NCBI GenBank assembly: GCA_964016885.1
Contig: OZ024740.1
Coordinates: forward strand, 14,198,001-14,262,000
Direction: 5' to 3'
Source of the DNA: Eledone cirrhosa
Lineage: Eukaryota
Length of the DNA stretch: 64,000 bases
Every line of letters starts with the position of its first letter. Within the stretch, counting starts at the first letter, position 1. The position numbers and the translations under genes were made by a program. Below, in pieces: positions 28,243 through 39,900 of the stretch. Under the pieces are notes generated by a model. The model had not been told where the DNA came from. It ran no database searches and was given only the letters and a program-made list of their open reading frames with translations.

Positions 28243-29513
28243 TGGTTGGGGTAGAGGGGTTGTCTGCTGATGTTAAGTGGTCTCCTGTGTTTGTTATATT
28301 CCTTGTTGTTGTAAAATGTGGTTCGGGTTGGTGGTTGTAGATTGAATGGGGTGTTCCTGTACTGCGAGTATGGGTGTGTGTTTCTATGTGCCATGTTGTA
28401 TTGTGGTGTTATAAGTGGCCTACGTTGTTGGTTGTATCGTGTGGTGTGGGTTTGTTGTGTATTGTGGAAGTGAGAGTTGAGAAAATGGTAATTACCTTGC
28501 TGTCCCCTTGAAGCGGGGAAGTTGTTGCATCTATCATGGCGGTGGTATCTTTTCCCTATGTTTGACGATGAGGAATCCGCGTAGTAGTTGAGTGATTTGG
28601 TATGGTGTCTCCTTGAAGGGGGAAAGTTGTAAATGTCATTCTGAGGGAGATGATTTCTTGGGTTTTTGTTCCTTCTTATGGTAGCGAGGTTGGGAAGTTC
28701 ATCTTCGGTGTGGTGCTTCCTTCTTCGTTTGTTTGAGGCTTGGGGGTTTGAGAAGTTGTTGTGCGGTTCAGTTATGGGTTTTCCTATTTTTATGAACGGG
28801 TTATTGGAGGTGTAATCCGTTTGAAAAGTCGATTCATAGTGTAGGAACCAAGCGGCACTTTTTTCCCAGCGTTGAAGGGATTTCAGTTCTTCTCTGTTGC
28901 AGTCCCCTTTCCATAATTTGGAGATCTTCTCTACCTTGGGGCCTTCAGTTTTGTTGTTGATTTCCAGGAGGATCTCTTCATCGATGGTTTTGATTTTTTC
29001 CTCATTTGTCTGGGCCCTCAGTTTAAGAAGTTCAATTTCTGTCTTCATTTTTTCCAATGCCATTCTTTCCCTAAGGTGTCTTTGAGGTTCGGGTTCATTT
29101 GGAATGGACTTTATTTGTAGTTTACGGGGGAGAGTTAGAGGGGTTGAGTTAAGCCATTTTTCATATATCTCTGCTTTGTTGTGATTTTGTATCATCTTCC
29201 AGAATGAGAACTTTGTGTCTCTGAGGGATTTGTTGCATTTTGGAATTGTTCGAATTTTCATTTTGTGTGAATCAATCTCACATGGTTCTTCGTTGGTTTT
29301 TCCTGTGTCGGTAGTAGTGAACATAGTTTGGATAGTATCGCAAAGGTTTTGGAGTTTGTCGCCGATTTCGGAGGGTTTGTATCCGGTGGTGGTTTCCTTA
29401 TTTGTGGAGTCAAGTTTGTCGACCAGCAAAGATAGGTTGGTGTTGATTTTCTTGAGTTCCTGTAGGATCTCTTCATTTGAGTTGATGAGGGTTGTATCCG
29501 TTTTTGTTGGCAT
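28203..29513 (-). CDS. ORF1 of the PLE: coiled-coil N-terminal half and N/Q/H/Y/R-rich low-complexity C-terminal half, function unknown
   Basis: About 436 aa open frame (first ATG at 29513) inside the pLTRs and upstream of RT. Heptad-like segments EEILQELKKINTNLSLLVDKL and ALEKMKTEIELLKLRAQTNEEKIKTID. Confidence 0.8.
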   Translation of the reverse strand: MPTKTDTTLINSNEEILQELKKINTNLSLLVDKLDSTNKETTTGYKPSEIGDKLQNLCDTIQTMFTTTDTGKTNEEPCEIDSHKMKIRTIPKCNKSLRDTKFSFWKMIQNHNKAEIYEKWLNSTPLTLPRKLQIKSIPNEPEPQRHLRERMALEKMKTEIELLKLRAQTNEEKIKTIDEEILLEINNKTEGPKVEKISKLWKGDCNREELKSLQRWEKSAAWFLHYESTFQTDYTSNNPFIKIGKPITEPHNNFSNPQASNKRRRKHHTEDELPNLATIRRNKNPRNHLPQNDIYNFPPSRRHHTKSLNYYADSSSSNIGKRYHRHDRCNNFPASRGQQGNYHFLNSHFHNTQQTHTTRYNQQRRPLITPQYNMAHRNTHPYSQYRNTPFNLQPPTRTTFYNNKEYNKHRRPLNISRQPLYPNHFLDTAHRYRQTK

Positions 29514-30078
29514 TTTCTGTATCTCGTGTGAGGATATGATAGTTAAAAGAATAGAGGTGTAACACACAAGTTATTATATATTGGTAAACGGAATAGAAAA
29601 TGCTGACAAATTGTTCACAGTTGAAAAATGGTTTAATTAGGAATAAAAGAGTATTAGTGATTGTATGGGTTAGTATTCAGTTGTGGTTTTAAGTTTTTAA
29701 GTTTTTACCGGTTGCGCATTTCTAAATGCTTTTCAAAAATAATTTTGAGATAGAGTGTCCGTGCTGTTTGCTCTGATCTGATTAGTTTTGGGAATTCTAC
29801 CTGTTTTTATGTTAAAAAAGTGGCTCCAGCGTTATTTTTGTGTTGCAAAAATGCTTGTGGTCAAAACAATTTTGATTGGTCGGTAGAGGTCATGTGAATG
29901 TAAAAAGTTGATTTTGCGCCAAGACTGTTTTTATGTTAAAATGTTAAAAAAAGTGGCTCCAGCAAAAATTCTTAGTCAAAACAATTTTGATTGGTCGGTA
30001 GAGGTCATGTGGATAAAAAATTGGTTTTGCGCCAAGATTGAGAAATGACTCTTTCACAACAAATATGTGTGTGTGTGT

Positions 30079-30192
<114 letters not shown>

Positions 30193-30329
30193 TAGTAGTA
30201 GTAAGGTGTTCGATATATATATATATATATATATAGAAAGAGAGAGAGAGAGTATATATATTATATATACACACATATTACCTGTTCCAGCAGGCTGGAT
30301 GAGGCCATGCTGGGGTACCGTCTATATTG

Positions 30330-30950
30330 TTAGCCTTCCTTGGTTGACGACTGATATAAGAGGGAGTTTGCCCTTGTTTATAATTCGTTTCGTCTATTGG
30401 GTTGGTTCATCTGGGATCTTGATTAGCAGAGTATCGAGATATTTCTTGCAAATATCTCCATGTAGATCTCTCAGGTTTTTGGCAGCTTATTAAAAAGCAG
30501 GAGGCCTTTAAATCCCAGGCTACTGCATTATTTGGTCCTTATTCTAAATGTGCAGGATGGGAACTTTGGCACTACACCGTGACGTCCTATTCGAGGTTTG
30601 GTCCAGTTCTCAATACCAAGGTTTTCTGCTAGTCCTGCCAGTATCTTCCATGTCTATATCATTACATATCTCTCCCATCTTTGTTCCAGGGAGTAAAGTT
30701 TTAATTCTTTTAACCTTTCCCACTAGATCATCATCAAGGCAATCTTTGGATTGCTTCACGTTTTGCAGTTAGTTTGACCTTGTGGGGCGACCACAGCCGA
30801 GACAAGTGTCCACCAGAGGACCTACATAGTTTTCCGATCTCTTGTCCTGAATGTTCTCAGCCAGTCGCCTGCACATTACTGCCATTTTGGTGACATGATT
30901 GCTCATGTTAATACCCAGATCCCGTATTGATTTCCACTCGGGAATGTCGA
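30330..30950 (-). pseudogene. Decayed LINE RT C-terminal fragment (CR1/L2/Jockey group)
   Basis: The minus strand gives WLRTFRTRD, EAIQR and ELKLYSLEQRWERY..I.TWKILAG, with stops and frameshifts. Confidence 0.7.
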
Positions 30951-30980
30951 TTCCTTGCTGGCCGTGTGCCTAAATTAGAA

Positions 30981-31145
30981 ATCATCATCATCATCATCAT
31001 TGTTTAACGTCTATCTTCCAACTAGCATGGGTTAGACGGGAGTTGTTCCACTTGAGGCAAGATTAGTCGGATGACCGTGTCTCGCTCGTATAGGACTATC
31101 TGGCAGGTTTTCTACGGCTGGATGCCCTTCCTAACACCAACCATA
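30981..31145 (-). mobile_element. 3' end of a SINE or RTE-type retroelement with a (GAT)n tail
   Basis: The minus strand reads TGGTTGGTGTTAGGAAGGGCATCCAGCCGTAGAAA...GACGTTAAAC(AAT)(GAT)n. Confidence 0.6.
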
Positions 31146-31319
31146 TTTACAGTGTGGACTGGGAGCTTTTTACCGTGTTACCTACACGGCCACATTACAG
31201 CGTGGACTGTGTGTTGTTTTTTTGTCGTGACACCTACAATTTTTATTCCTCTTACAGCTTTATGTCATTGGTCTATGACCATGCTGGAGCGTTACCACCA
31301 AAGTTATAACCAATTCTAA

Positions 31320-31450
31320 TTCGCAGAGTGGTTAGAGAATAAGTCAAAATAACTTGTGATGTTTGATTCGAGTCGCTGTGTGGTGATTTCAAACGCCACC
31401 GAGGACAACTCTGCCTTTCACCCTTACGAAGTCGATATAATATACAGTAC
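31320..31450 (+). mobile_element. Degenerate tRNA-derived SINE
   Basis: TTCAAACGCCACCGAGGACAACTCTGCCTTTCACCCTTACGAAGTCGATA matches the core at 6865-6930. Confidence 0.65.
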
Positions 31451-31891
31451 CTTTCGAGTGCGGAGGATTAGTGACAGTGAGAATGGAACGAGTTACTTAG
31501 TTGTATTACTAACGGCTCTCTGTGTTCAAATCCCACCACGGCCTACTTGTGAGGAACAAATAAGAATAATCTGTCACCTGGTTTAACATCACCCTTTAAC
31601 GGAGCCCATTCTATTACCGGCGTTCACGTCAGGTCTTATGTATGAGAATACCTTCCTCTGTCCCACTCTCTCACCAATTTCAGAGACCATGAAAATGATC
31701 AAGATTTGAATACAGAGCTTAACTAAAGGGACATAACCCAGTGTATTTTGTCCTATGCCCCACCACAGTTCTGTCACTCCACCATTAATATGAATACTAA
31801 GGATCTTTTCTCTGGAAGGAAAACAGTTTACCTTTCTAGACCAGGACTTGATCATTAACTCTTACAATTAAAATGTCTTCGCTCCTAACAT

Positions 31892-32045
31892 TACCGTATT
31901 AGCCGGTGTAAAAGACGCACTTTTATACTACCTCCTCTGATTTGATGTCAAAATGTGCTTGCATAACAGTATTAAAAATACTAGTATTAATTTTTTTCTA
32001 CAAATAATGATGCGTCATATACACCGGTGCGTCTTATATCCTGGG
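31892..32045. mobile_element. Possible Tc1/mariner-pogo-type MITE remnant
   Basis: TA|CCGTATT start. CCGGTGTAAAAGACGCAC has inverted counterparts TGCGTCATATACACCGG and GTGCGTCTTATA. Confidence 0.45.
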
Positions 32046-33799
32046 ATCTGATCAACAGTTTGTTTTGATTCATTTACATTTATGTTTATATTACAACCAA
32101 TAAAAATAGCAGCAGTTTCCAAATTTCCCCTTTCAAGTTCTCCATATTAACATTTATGCTAATTTATGTTAATTTATGTTAATTTATGGTAATATTTATA
32201 CCCCGTCAAATGTGGTAGTTACGATATTAAATGAAGTATTAATATTATCAAAATGGCGGTTTACGAGTTGTGAATTTCTCATTATACTTGGTTACCATTA
32301 TCAACACTGTCACACCATCTCACCATCACCACCACCACCACCATCATCATCAATACCACTTTGCTTCTTCTTCTTCCTCCTCCTCCTCCTCATTGTCATC
32401 ATCATCAACATCATTTTCTCCTCTACTTTTTCATAATTTTCCTCCTCCTCCTCCTCCTCCTCCTCCCCCTCCTCCTTATCTCCACCCGCTACCCTCCTCT
32501 TTCATGTATTCTATTTCTCTGTGATTCCATTTTTCATCGTCTTTTCTGGCGACTTTAATCCCTTCTTCTTTTTGACTCCCCCTCCTCCCCCTCCTTCTAT
32601 TACGACAGCATCTCTTATAGTGATGTGTTTTCTCTGTTCTCTCCATAGATTTCTTCCATCTCCGACCAGGAATTATTCAATCATACTGCCTATTAATTCA
32701 ATGACATTAAAAGACAGCAGCTTCAAAGATGAAGTATATTACATATATAACAGCACCAATATTAAAAACAAAACAAAACAAGAATACAAGATAGAATCCT
32801 CTCTATGGTCTAAATGTCCATGCTTATATTGCGAGAATTTTCCTAAATTTTATATATAAGTATTCCTTCATAGACTGTAGATATTGTAAGACCTTCGATA
32901 GAAATAATGTTATGGTGAGTTATAGCTGAAACAAAACCTTCGTTCCTGATATAACCTGTATAAACAAAAGAAACCTCTGTAATACTAACCTGCAACATTT
33001 CCCCCATCTTTATAATTTCAACAAGTCTTTAACAGGTATATATTAGAAACTGAAACACTTCCAGTTATAATTCTTCATGGTTTTGACTGTTCAAAGAATT
33101 AATGAAAGCATAAAGGAAATATATTCGAAAACTCATCGAGACATGATTGGTAAAAAGTACATCAATATTTGATCGGGTGTTAAAAATATTTAGGATAATG
33201 AGCCACATTTCCATTTATTCATTACCATGTGTAAAAACACATGAGCAGAGGAAGCAACGCTTATTAATGAGGTTTTAATATAAGAAAGTGTTTGAAATAT
33301 CAGAACATCTTTCAAAATATTGCAAATTCATTGTATAGGAATGTTCAAGTGATCGAACAACCAATTGGTAATTAAGATTCCATCAATAAATCTCGACAGA
33401 TTTTTCTTCAAAACTGCGAAAATTGCAGTAGGACGTTATGTTCGCGAAGGGGCTAAAATCGAGCCCTTTAAAATAATTGACGTAGAGAAATGCATGTTCA
33501 ATAATAGTTATTATCGTATTATCCTTCAACTCCAGATATATTTGGATAATAATCAAGTAATTCGGTTTTCTGAGTGTCTGAATATATAATCTTCTGAATG
33601 CGAGAACTCTTTCATAAAAGGATTTTCAATGAACCCAATATAGTTTTTTTTCAGTTTCAGTCATCTCCAGTAGAGACTTAACACTGACCTGTTCAGTTCA
33701 GACTATGTAGAAAAATATGAAATGATGAAAATAAATATTAATATAGTCTCTGTCGATGTTACCTTCGAAGAATATCTTGAGTTATTTGTTCTGGCTGAG

Positions 33800-33975
33800 T
33801 TCTGAGTTCAAATCTCGACGAAGTAAATTTCACTTTTCATCCATTCGGCATTGACTAAATAAAGTACCAGTTGATGGTGGTATACTAGGGGAATTGGTAG
33901 AGAGTTGAACGAAATGCCCTGTGGTACCTTTTGCGGCACATTGCATTCTGAGTTCAAATTCGCCTTGAATTTCAA
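33800..33975 (+). mobile_element. Two degenerate tRNA-derived SINE fragments
   Basis: The TCTGAGTTCAAAT box B occurs at about 33801 and 33947, with the core TTTCATCCATTCGG...AATAAAGTACCAG. Confidence 0.65.
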
Positions 33976-34890
33976 GCCCCATAGATGGCTAAGTCTAATC
34001 AACTGATCACGGGACCACAACTGATTATGAAAGCTGCAGTGGGTGGAGGAGGGCTGAGCCTCTCTCTTACTGAAGTTGTTGTACTGTGAGGAAGACTGAA
34101 TGCGACTAGTGTACGTGTCTCATAGTGCACATGTTCACCCCCCTCCCCCCGTGTCTCACGTGGGATGACTCACGTGTCCACGTGGCTTGCATGCTCTGTC
34201 TTTACTATAACTACTCTGTTTTGTACAAAATAAACGACTTTATGCAACTGGACTTTATTGTACGGTTGGTTGTCTGGAACAGAAAGCCTAGGGTTTAACT
34301 GTCCAATTGTCGACAGCAGACCCTTTAAAGCATCGTAGTTGAACGATGATGATAAATGCCTTTATTTACCACAGATATATACCTTCCCGGTTTGCTTATT
34401 AAACACTATATTTCTTAGTCATCCATAACTCTACTTTATTTGGACATTTTGTCTGAGAGGCTGAGTGTACGGTTTTATGTTGTGAAACAGTAGAGCATAT
34501 GGTAAGTACTAGCTGTGACCAGAAACGACAAACCTAACAGCAAACAATACTGAAGGTTAAACTGACTAACCAGCAGCTACCGTCATAGTTGTTTACACAC
34601 ATAAACAGTTTAGCGAAATTGGTTTAAAATACAAAAAATATTTTAATACAGATAACATTTCCCGACTATTTGTATGAATAGAAATAAATAGCAATAAATA
34701 CAATGTACACATGTGTGCACATGTAGCCATGTTGATTATAATTAACATACTTATGTTAATTTATGAACTTAAGCATTCAACCAAACATATTGAGTAATAT
34801 ACACTCATTACTACTAACATACATTACACAGACACAATTACTCCTGTTACACATGCACATTTAAATGTGTTAAAACGAAAATATATAGAT

Positions 34891-34960
<70 letters not shown>

Positions 34961-35565
34961 TCGGAACATACACATATGCAGTTATAGCTATACAAACATC
35001 TATAGTTATACGTACAATAATACAAATACACACACAAACATGAAACTACACGTAACAAAGTTTCATATACACATCCTCGCAGGTACATGAACACACACAT
35101 AGATACACACACACAGAAACACACATACCTGACCTTAATGGCTGTGAATATTTGGTGACATTCCACCGAAGATAGGATTCTTGTCATGAACCGGAAGTGT
35201 ATCGATACGATGCCGGAAGCCATGACGGAAGAAAATCTATGCTTCGAATTAATCATGTTTTAGTAATAATCTAGGATTTTTCTTGTTGTTGTTGTTGTTG
35301 CTGTTGTAGATTTTATTGTTGTAGCTGTTGTAGATGTTGTTTTAACTGTTCTTGTTATCATAGTTGATGTTTCAGTGATTGTTGTTGTTGATGCTGTTGT
35401 TTATCCTCAGATGAGTTTTGGCAGTTGATCAAAGACCTCCCAGCCGTGACTATCCCGTTATTTTATTTTCAAGTAGAGTGTATACAATGTGTATACACAT
35501 TGTATTTAGATGTGTTATTTGGGGAGGGTTTCACTGACTGGAGGAGGATGTAGAGGCCGGGATCT

Positions 35566-36295
35566 GTGTGTCTATGTGTGTGTATGTATATATGTACGTG
35601 AGTGTGTGTGTGTGTGTATGTATATGTACGTGAGTGTGTGATAGTGTGTGTGTATGTATGTGTACGCCTGTGTGTGTGTGTATGTATATGTACGTGAGTG
35701 TGAGTGTGTGTGTATGTATATGTAGGTGTATGTGAGAGTGTGTGTATGTATATGTACGTGTGTGTGTGAGTGTGTGTGTGAGATTGTGTGTATGTATATG
35801 TACGTGTGTGTGTAAGTGTGTGTGTATGTATATGTACGTCTGTCAGTGTGTGTGTATGTATATGTACGTGTGAGTGTGTGTGTATGTATATGTACGTGTG
35901 TGTGTGTGAGTGTGTGTGTATGTATATGTACGTGTGTGAGTGTGTCTGTATATGTACGTCTGTGAGAGTGCGTGTATGTATATGTACGTGTGTGTGTGTG
36001 AGTGTGTGTGTATGTATATGTACGTGTGTGTGTGTGTGAGTTTGTGTGTATGTGTATGTACGTGTATATGTTTGAGTGTGTGTGTATGTATATGTACGTG
36101 TGTGTGTGAGTGTATGTGTATGTATATGTACGTCTGTGAGTGTGTGTGTATGTATATGTACGTGTGAGTGTGTGTGTATGTATGTATATGTACGTCTGTG
36201 AGTGTGTGTGTATGCATATGTACGTGTGAGTGTGTGTGTATGTATATGTACGTGTGTGTATGTGTATGTACGTATATATGTTTGAGTGTGTGTAT
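35566..36295. repeat. Microsatellite-derived minisatellite, (TG)n-TATGTATATGTACGTG units of about 24-32 bp
   Basis: Directly visible. Confidence 0.9.
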
Positions 36296-36297
36296 CT

Positions 36298-36925
36298 CCA
36301 AAAGCCCTAAAAAGCTGAAAAAATGAAGTTTTTCACTTAATGCGGGCCCGAGGCCATAAAAAAAGTTGGATTTTCTTTGCTCACGGTATGAAGAAGAGAC
36401 TAATACATAGTTACAATTTCAAGGAAATCGGTTTGACGTAACGCCTCAAAAAACCCCTAAAAAGCTTAAAAACGCAGTTTTTCACCTAATACTAATTTTT
36501 ATGTGGATAACACTCCCTGAAACATAAGTAATACACGTGTAAAGTTTGAAAAAAATCGGTTGGGTACTTCTCGAGTTTTAGGGATTCAAATGCACAGACA
36601 CATACACACACGCACACACACACATCCTCAGGGAAGTAACGTAATGCAGACAATCAGACATACAGACAGATATTATAAGGGCGCGAAGTTATATGTATGT
36701 AGCTATCTAAAAAGAGAAAGACTAAGAATTATATAGAGAGAGAGATCGCTAAATTGCCTAATGCGGTCGCTAGGGCATTGAAAATATTAATTAATCTTTG
36801 ATCAGAACACGCCCTGAAACATAAGTATTACATGTCTAAAGTTTGAAAACAGTCGGTTGGATGTTTCTCGAGCTTTAGGGATTCAAACTCACACAGACAG
36901 ACATCCTCAGTTTTATATATATAGA
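36298..36925 (-). mobile_element. 3'-truncated Helitron-like element (same family as 4604-5511)
   Basis: The minus strand starts TCTATATATATAAAACTGAGGATGTCTGTC and aligns to about 4604-5240. Confidence 0.75.
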
Positions 36926-36966
36926 TATAACAAAGAGCGTGTGGTAAGATACCGGGTGGACTATAA

Positions 36967-39900
36967 TGCACCAGAGTACTCAATACTTAGGGTAGTGGAG
37001 TGGATATATAATATAAGCAAGTATTGCACCAGAGTACTCAATAATTAGGGTAGTGGAGTGGATATATAATATAGGCAAGTATTGCACTAGAGTGCTCAAT
37101 ACTTAGGGTAGTGGAGTGGATATATAATATAAGCAAGTATTGCACCAGAGTACTCAATAATTAGGGTAGTGGAGTGGATATATAATATAAGCAAGTATTG
37201 CACCAGAGTACTCAATATTTAGGGTAGTGGAGTGGATATATAATATAAGCAAGTATTGCACTAGAGTACTCAAAACTTAGGGTAGTGGAGTGGATATATA
37301 ATATAAGCAAGTATTGCACCAGAGTACTCAATATTTAGGGTAGTGGAGTGGATATATAATATAAGCAAGTATTGCACCAGAGTACTCAATACTTAGGGTA
37401 GTGGAGTGGATATATAATATAAGCAAGTATTGCACCAGAGTACTCAATACTTAGGGTAGTGGTGTGGATATATAATATAAGCAAGTATTGCACCAGAGTA
37501 CTCAATACTTAGGGTAGTGGAGTGGATATATAATATAAGCAAGTATTGCACTAGAGTGCTCAATACTTAGGGTAGTGGAGTGGATATATAATATAAGCAA
37601 GTATTGCACCAGAGTACTCAATACTTAGGGTAGTGGAGTGGATATATAATATAAGCAAGTATTGCACTAGAGTGCTCAATACTTAGGGTAGTGGAGTGGA
37701 TATATAATATTAGCAAGTATTGCACTAGAGTACTCAATATTTAGGGTAGTGGAGTGGATATATAATAAAAGAAAGTATTGCACCAGAGTACTCAATATTT
37801 AGGGTAGTGGAGTGGATATATAATATAAGCAAGTATTGCACCAGAGTACTCAATATTTAGGGTAGTGGAGTGGATATATAATATCAGCAAGTATTGCACC
37901 AGAGTACTCAATACTTAGGGTAGTGGAGTGGATATATAATATAGGCAAGTATTGCACCAGAGTACTCAATATTTAGGGTAGTGGAGTGGATATATAATAT
38001 AAGCAAGTATTGCACTAGAGTACTCAATATTTAGGGTAGTGGAGTGGATATATAATATAAGCAAGTATTGCACTAGTGTACTCAATACTTAGGGTAGTGG
38101 AGTGGATATATAATATAGGCAAGAATTGCACCAGAGTACTCAATTCTTAGGGTAGTGGAGTGGATATATAATATAAGCAAGTATTCCACCAGAGTACTCA
38201 ATATTTAGGGTAGTGGAGTGGATGTATAAGATAAGCAAGTATTGCACTAGAGTACTCAATATTTAGGGTAGTGGAGTGGATATATAATTTAAGCAAGTAT
38301 TGCCCCAGACTAATCAATATTTAGGGTAGTGGAGTGGATATATAATATAAGCAAGTATTGCACCAGAGTACTCAATACTTACGGTAGTGGAGTGGATATA
38401 TAATATAAGCAATATTGCACCAGAGTACTCAATGATTAGGGTAGTGGAGTGGATATATAATATAAGCAAGTATTGCACCAGAGTACTCAATACTTAGGGT
38501 AGTGGAGTGGATATATAATATAAGCAAGTATTGCACTAGAGTGCTCAATACTTAGGGTAGTGGAGTGGATATATAATATTAGCAAGTATTGCACTAGAGT
38601 ACTCAATATTTAGGGTAGTGGAGTGGATATATAATAAAAGAAAGTATTGCACCAGAGTACTCAATATTTAGGGTAGTGGTGTGGATATATAATATAAGCA
38701 AGTATTGCAGCAGAGTACTCAATACTTAGGGTAGTGGAGTGGATATATAATATAAGCAAGTATTGCACCAGAGTACTCAATATTTAGGGTAGTGGAGTGG
38801 ATATATAATATAAGCAAGTATTGCACCAGAGTACTCAATATTTAGGGTAGTGGAGTGGATATATAATATCAGCAAGTATTGCACCATAGTACTCAATACT
38901 TAGGGTAGTGGAGTGGATATATAATATAAGCAAGTATTGCACCAGAATACTCAATATTTAGGCTAGTGGTGTGGATATATAATATAAGCAAGTATTGCAC
39001 CAGAGTACTCAATACTTAGGGTAGTGGAGTGGATATATAATATAAGCAAGTATTGCACCAGAGTACTCAATATTTAGGGTAGTGGTGTGGATATATAATA
39101 TAAGCAAGTATTGCACCAGAGTACTCAATACTTAGGGTAGTGGAGTGGATATATAATATAAGCAAGTATTGCACCAGAGTACTCAATATTTAGGGTAGTG
39201 GAGTGGATATATAATATAAGTAAGTATTGCACCAGAGTACTCAATATTTAGGGTAGTGGAGTGGATATATAATATAAGCAAGTATTGCACCAGAGTACTC
39301 AATACTTAGGGTAGTGGAGTGGATATATAATATAAGCAAGTATTGCACCAGTGTACTCAATATTTAGGGTAGTGGAGTGGATATATAATATAAGTAAGTA
39401 TTGCACCAGAGTACTCAATATTTAGGGTAGTGGAGTGGATATATAATATAAGCAAGTATTGCACCAGAGTACTCAATACTTAGGGTAGTGGAGTGGATAT
39501 ATAATATAAGCAAGTATTGCACCAGAGTACTCAATACTTAGGGTAGTGGTGTGGATATATAATATAAGCAAGTATTGCACCAGAGTACACAATACTTAGG
39601 GTAGTGGAGTGGATATATAATATAAGCAAGTATTGCACTAGAGTGCTCAATACTTAGGGTAGTGGAGTGGATATATAATATAAGCAAGTATTGCACCAGA
39701 GTACTCAATACTTAGGGTAGTGGAGTGGATATATAATATAAGCAAGTATTGCACTAGAGTGCTCAATACTTAGGGTAGTGGAGTGGATATATAATATTAG
39801 CAAGTATTGCACTAGAGTACTCAATATTTAGGGTAGTGGAGTGGATATATAATAAAAGAAAGTATTGCACCAGAGTACTCAATATTTAGGGTAGTGGAGT

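Noticed and set aside
32270-32600. Poly-His/Ser/Pro ORFs
   Set aside because: Trinucleotide microsatellites (CAC, CAT, CCT) with no coding evidence.
35129-35256. Possible minus-strand host exon ending in CAG|GTATGT
   Set aside because: The donor is good, but there is no convincing acceptor, no recognisable peptide and no partner exons.
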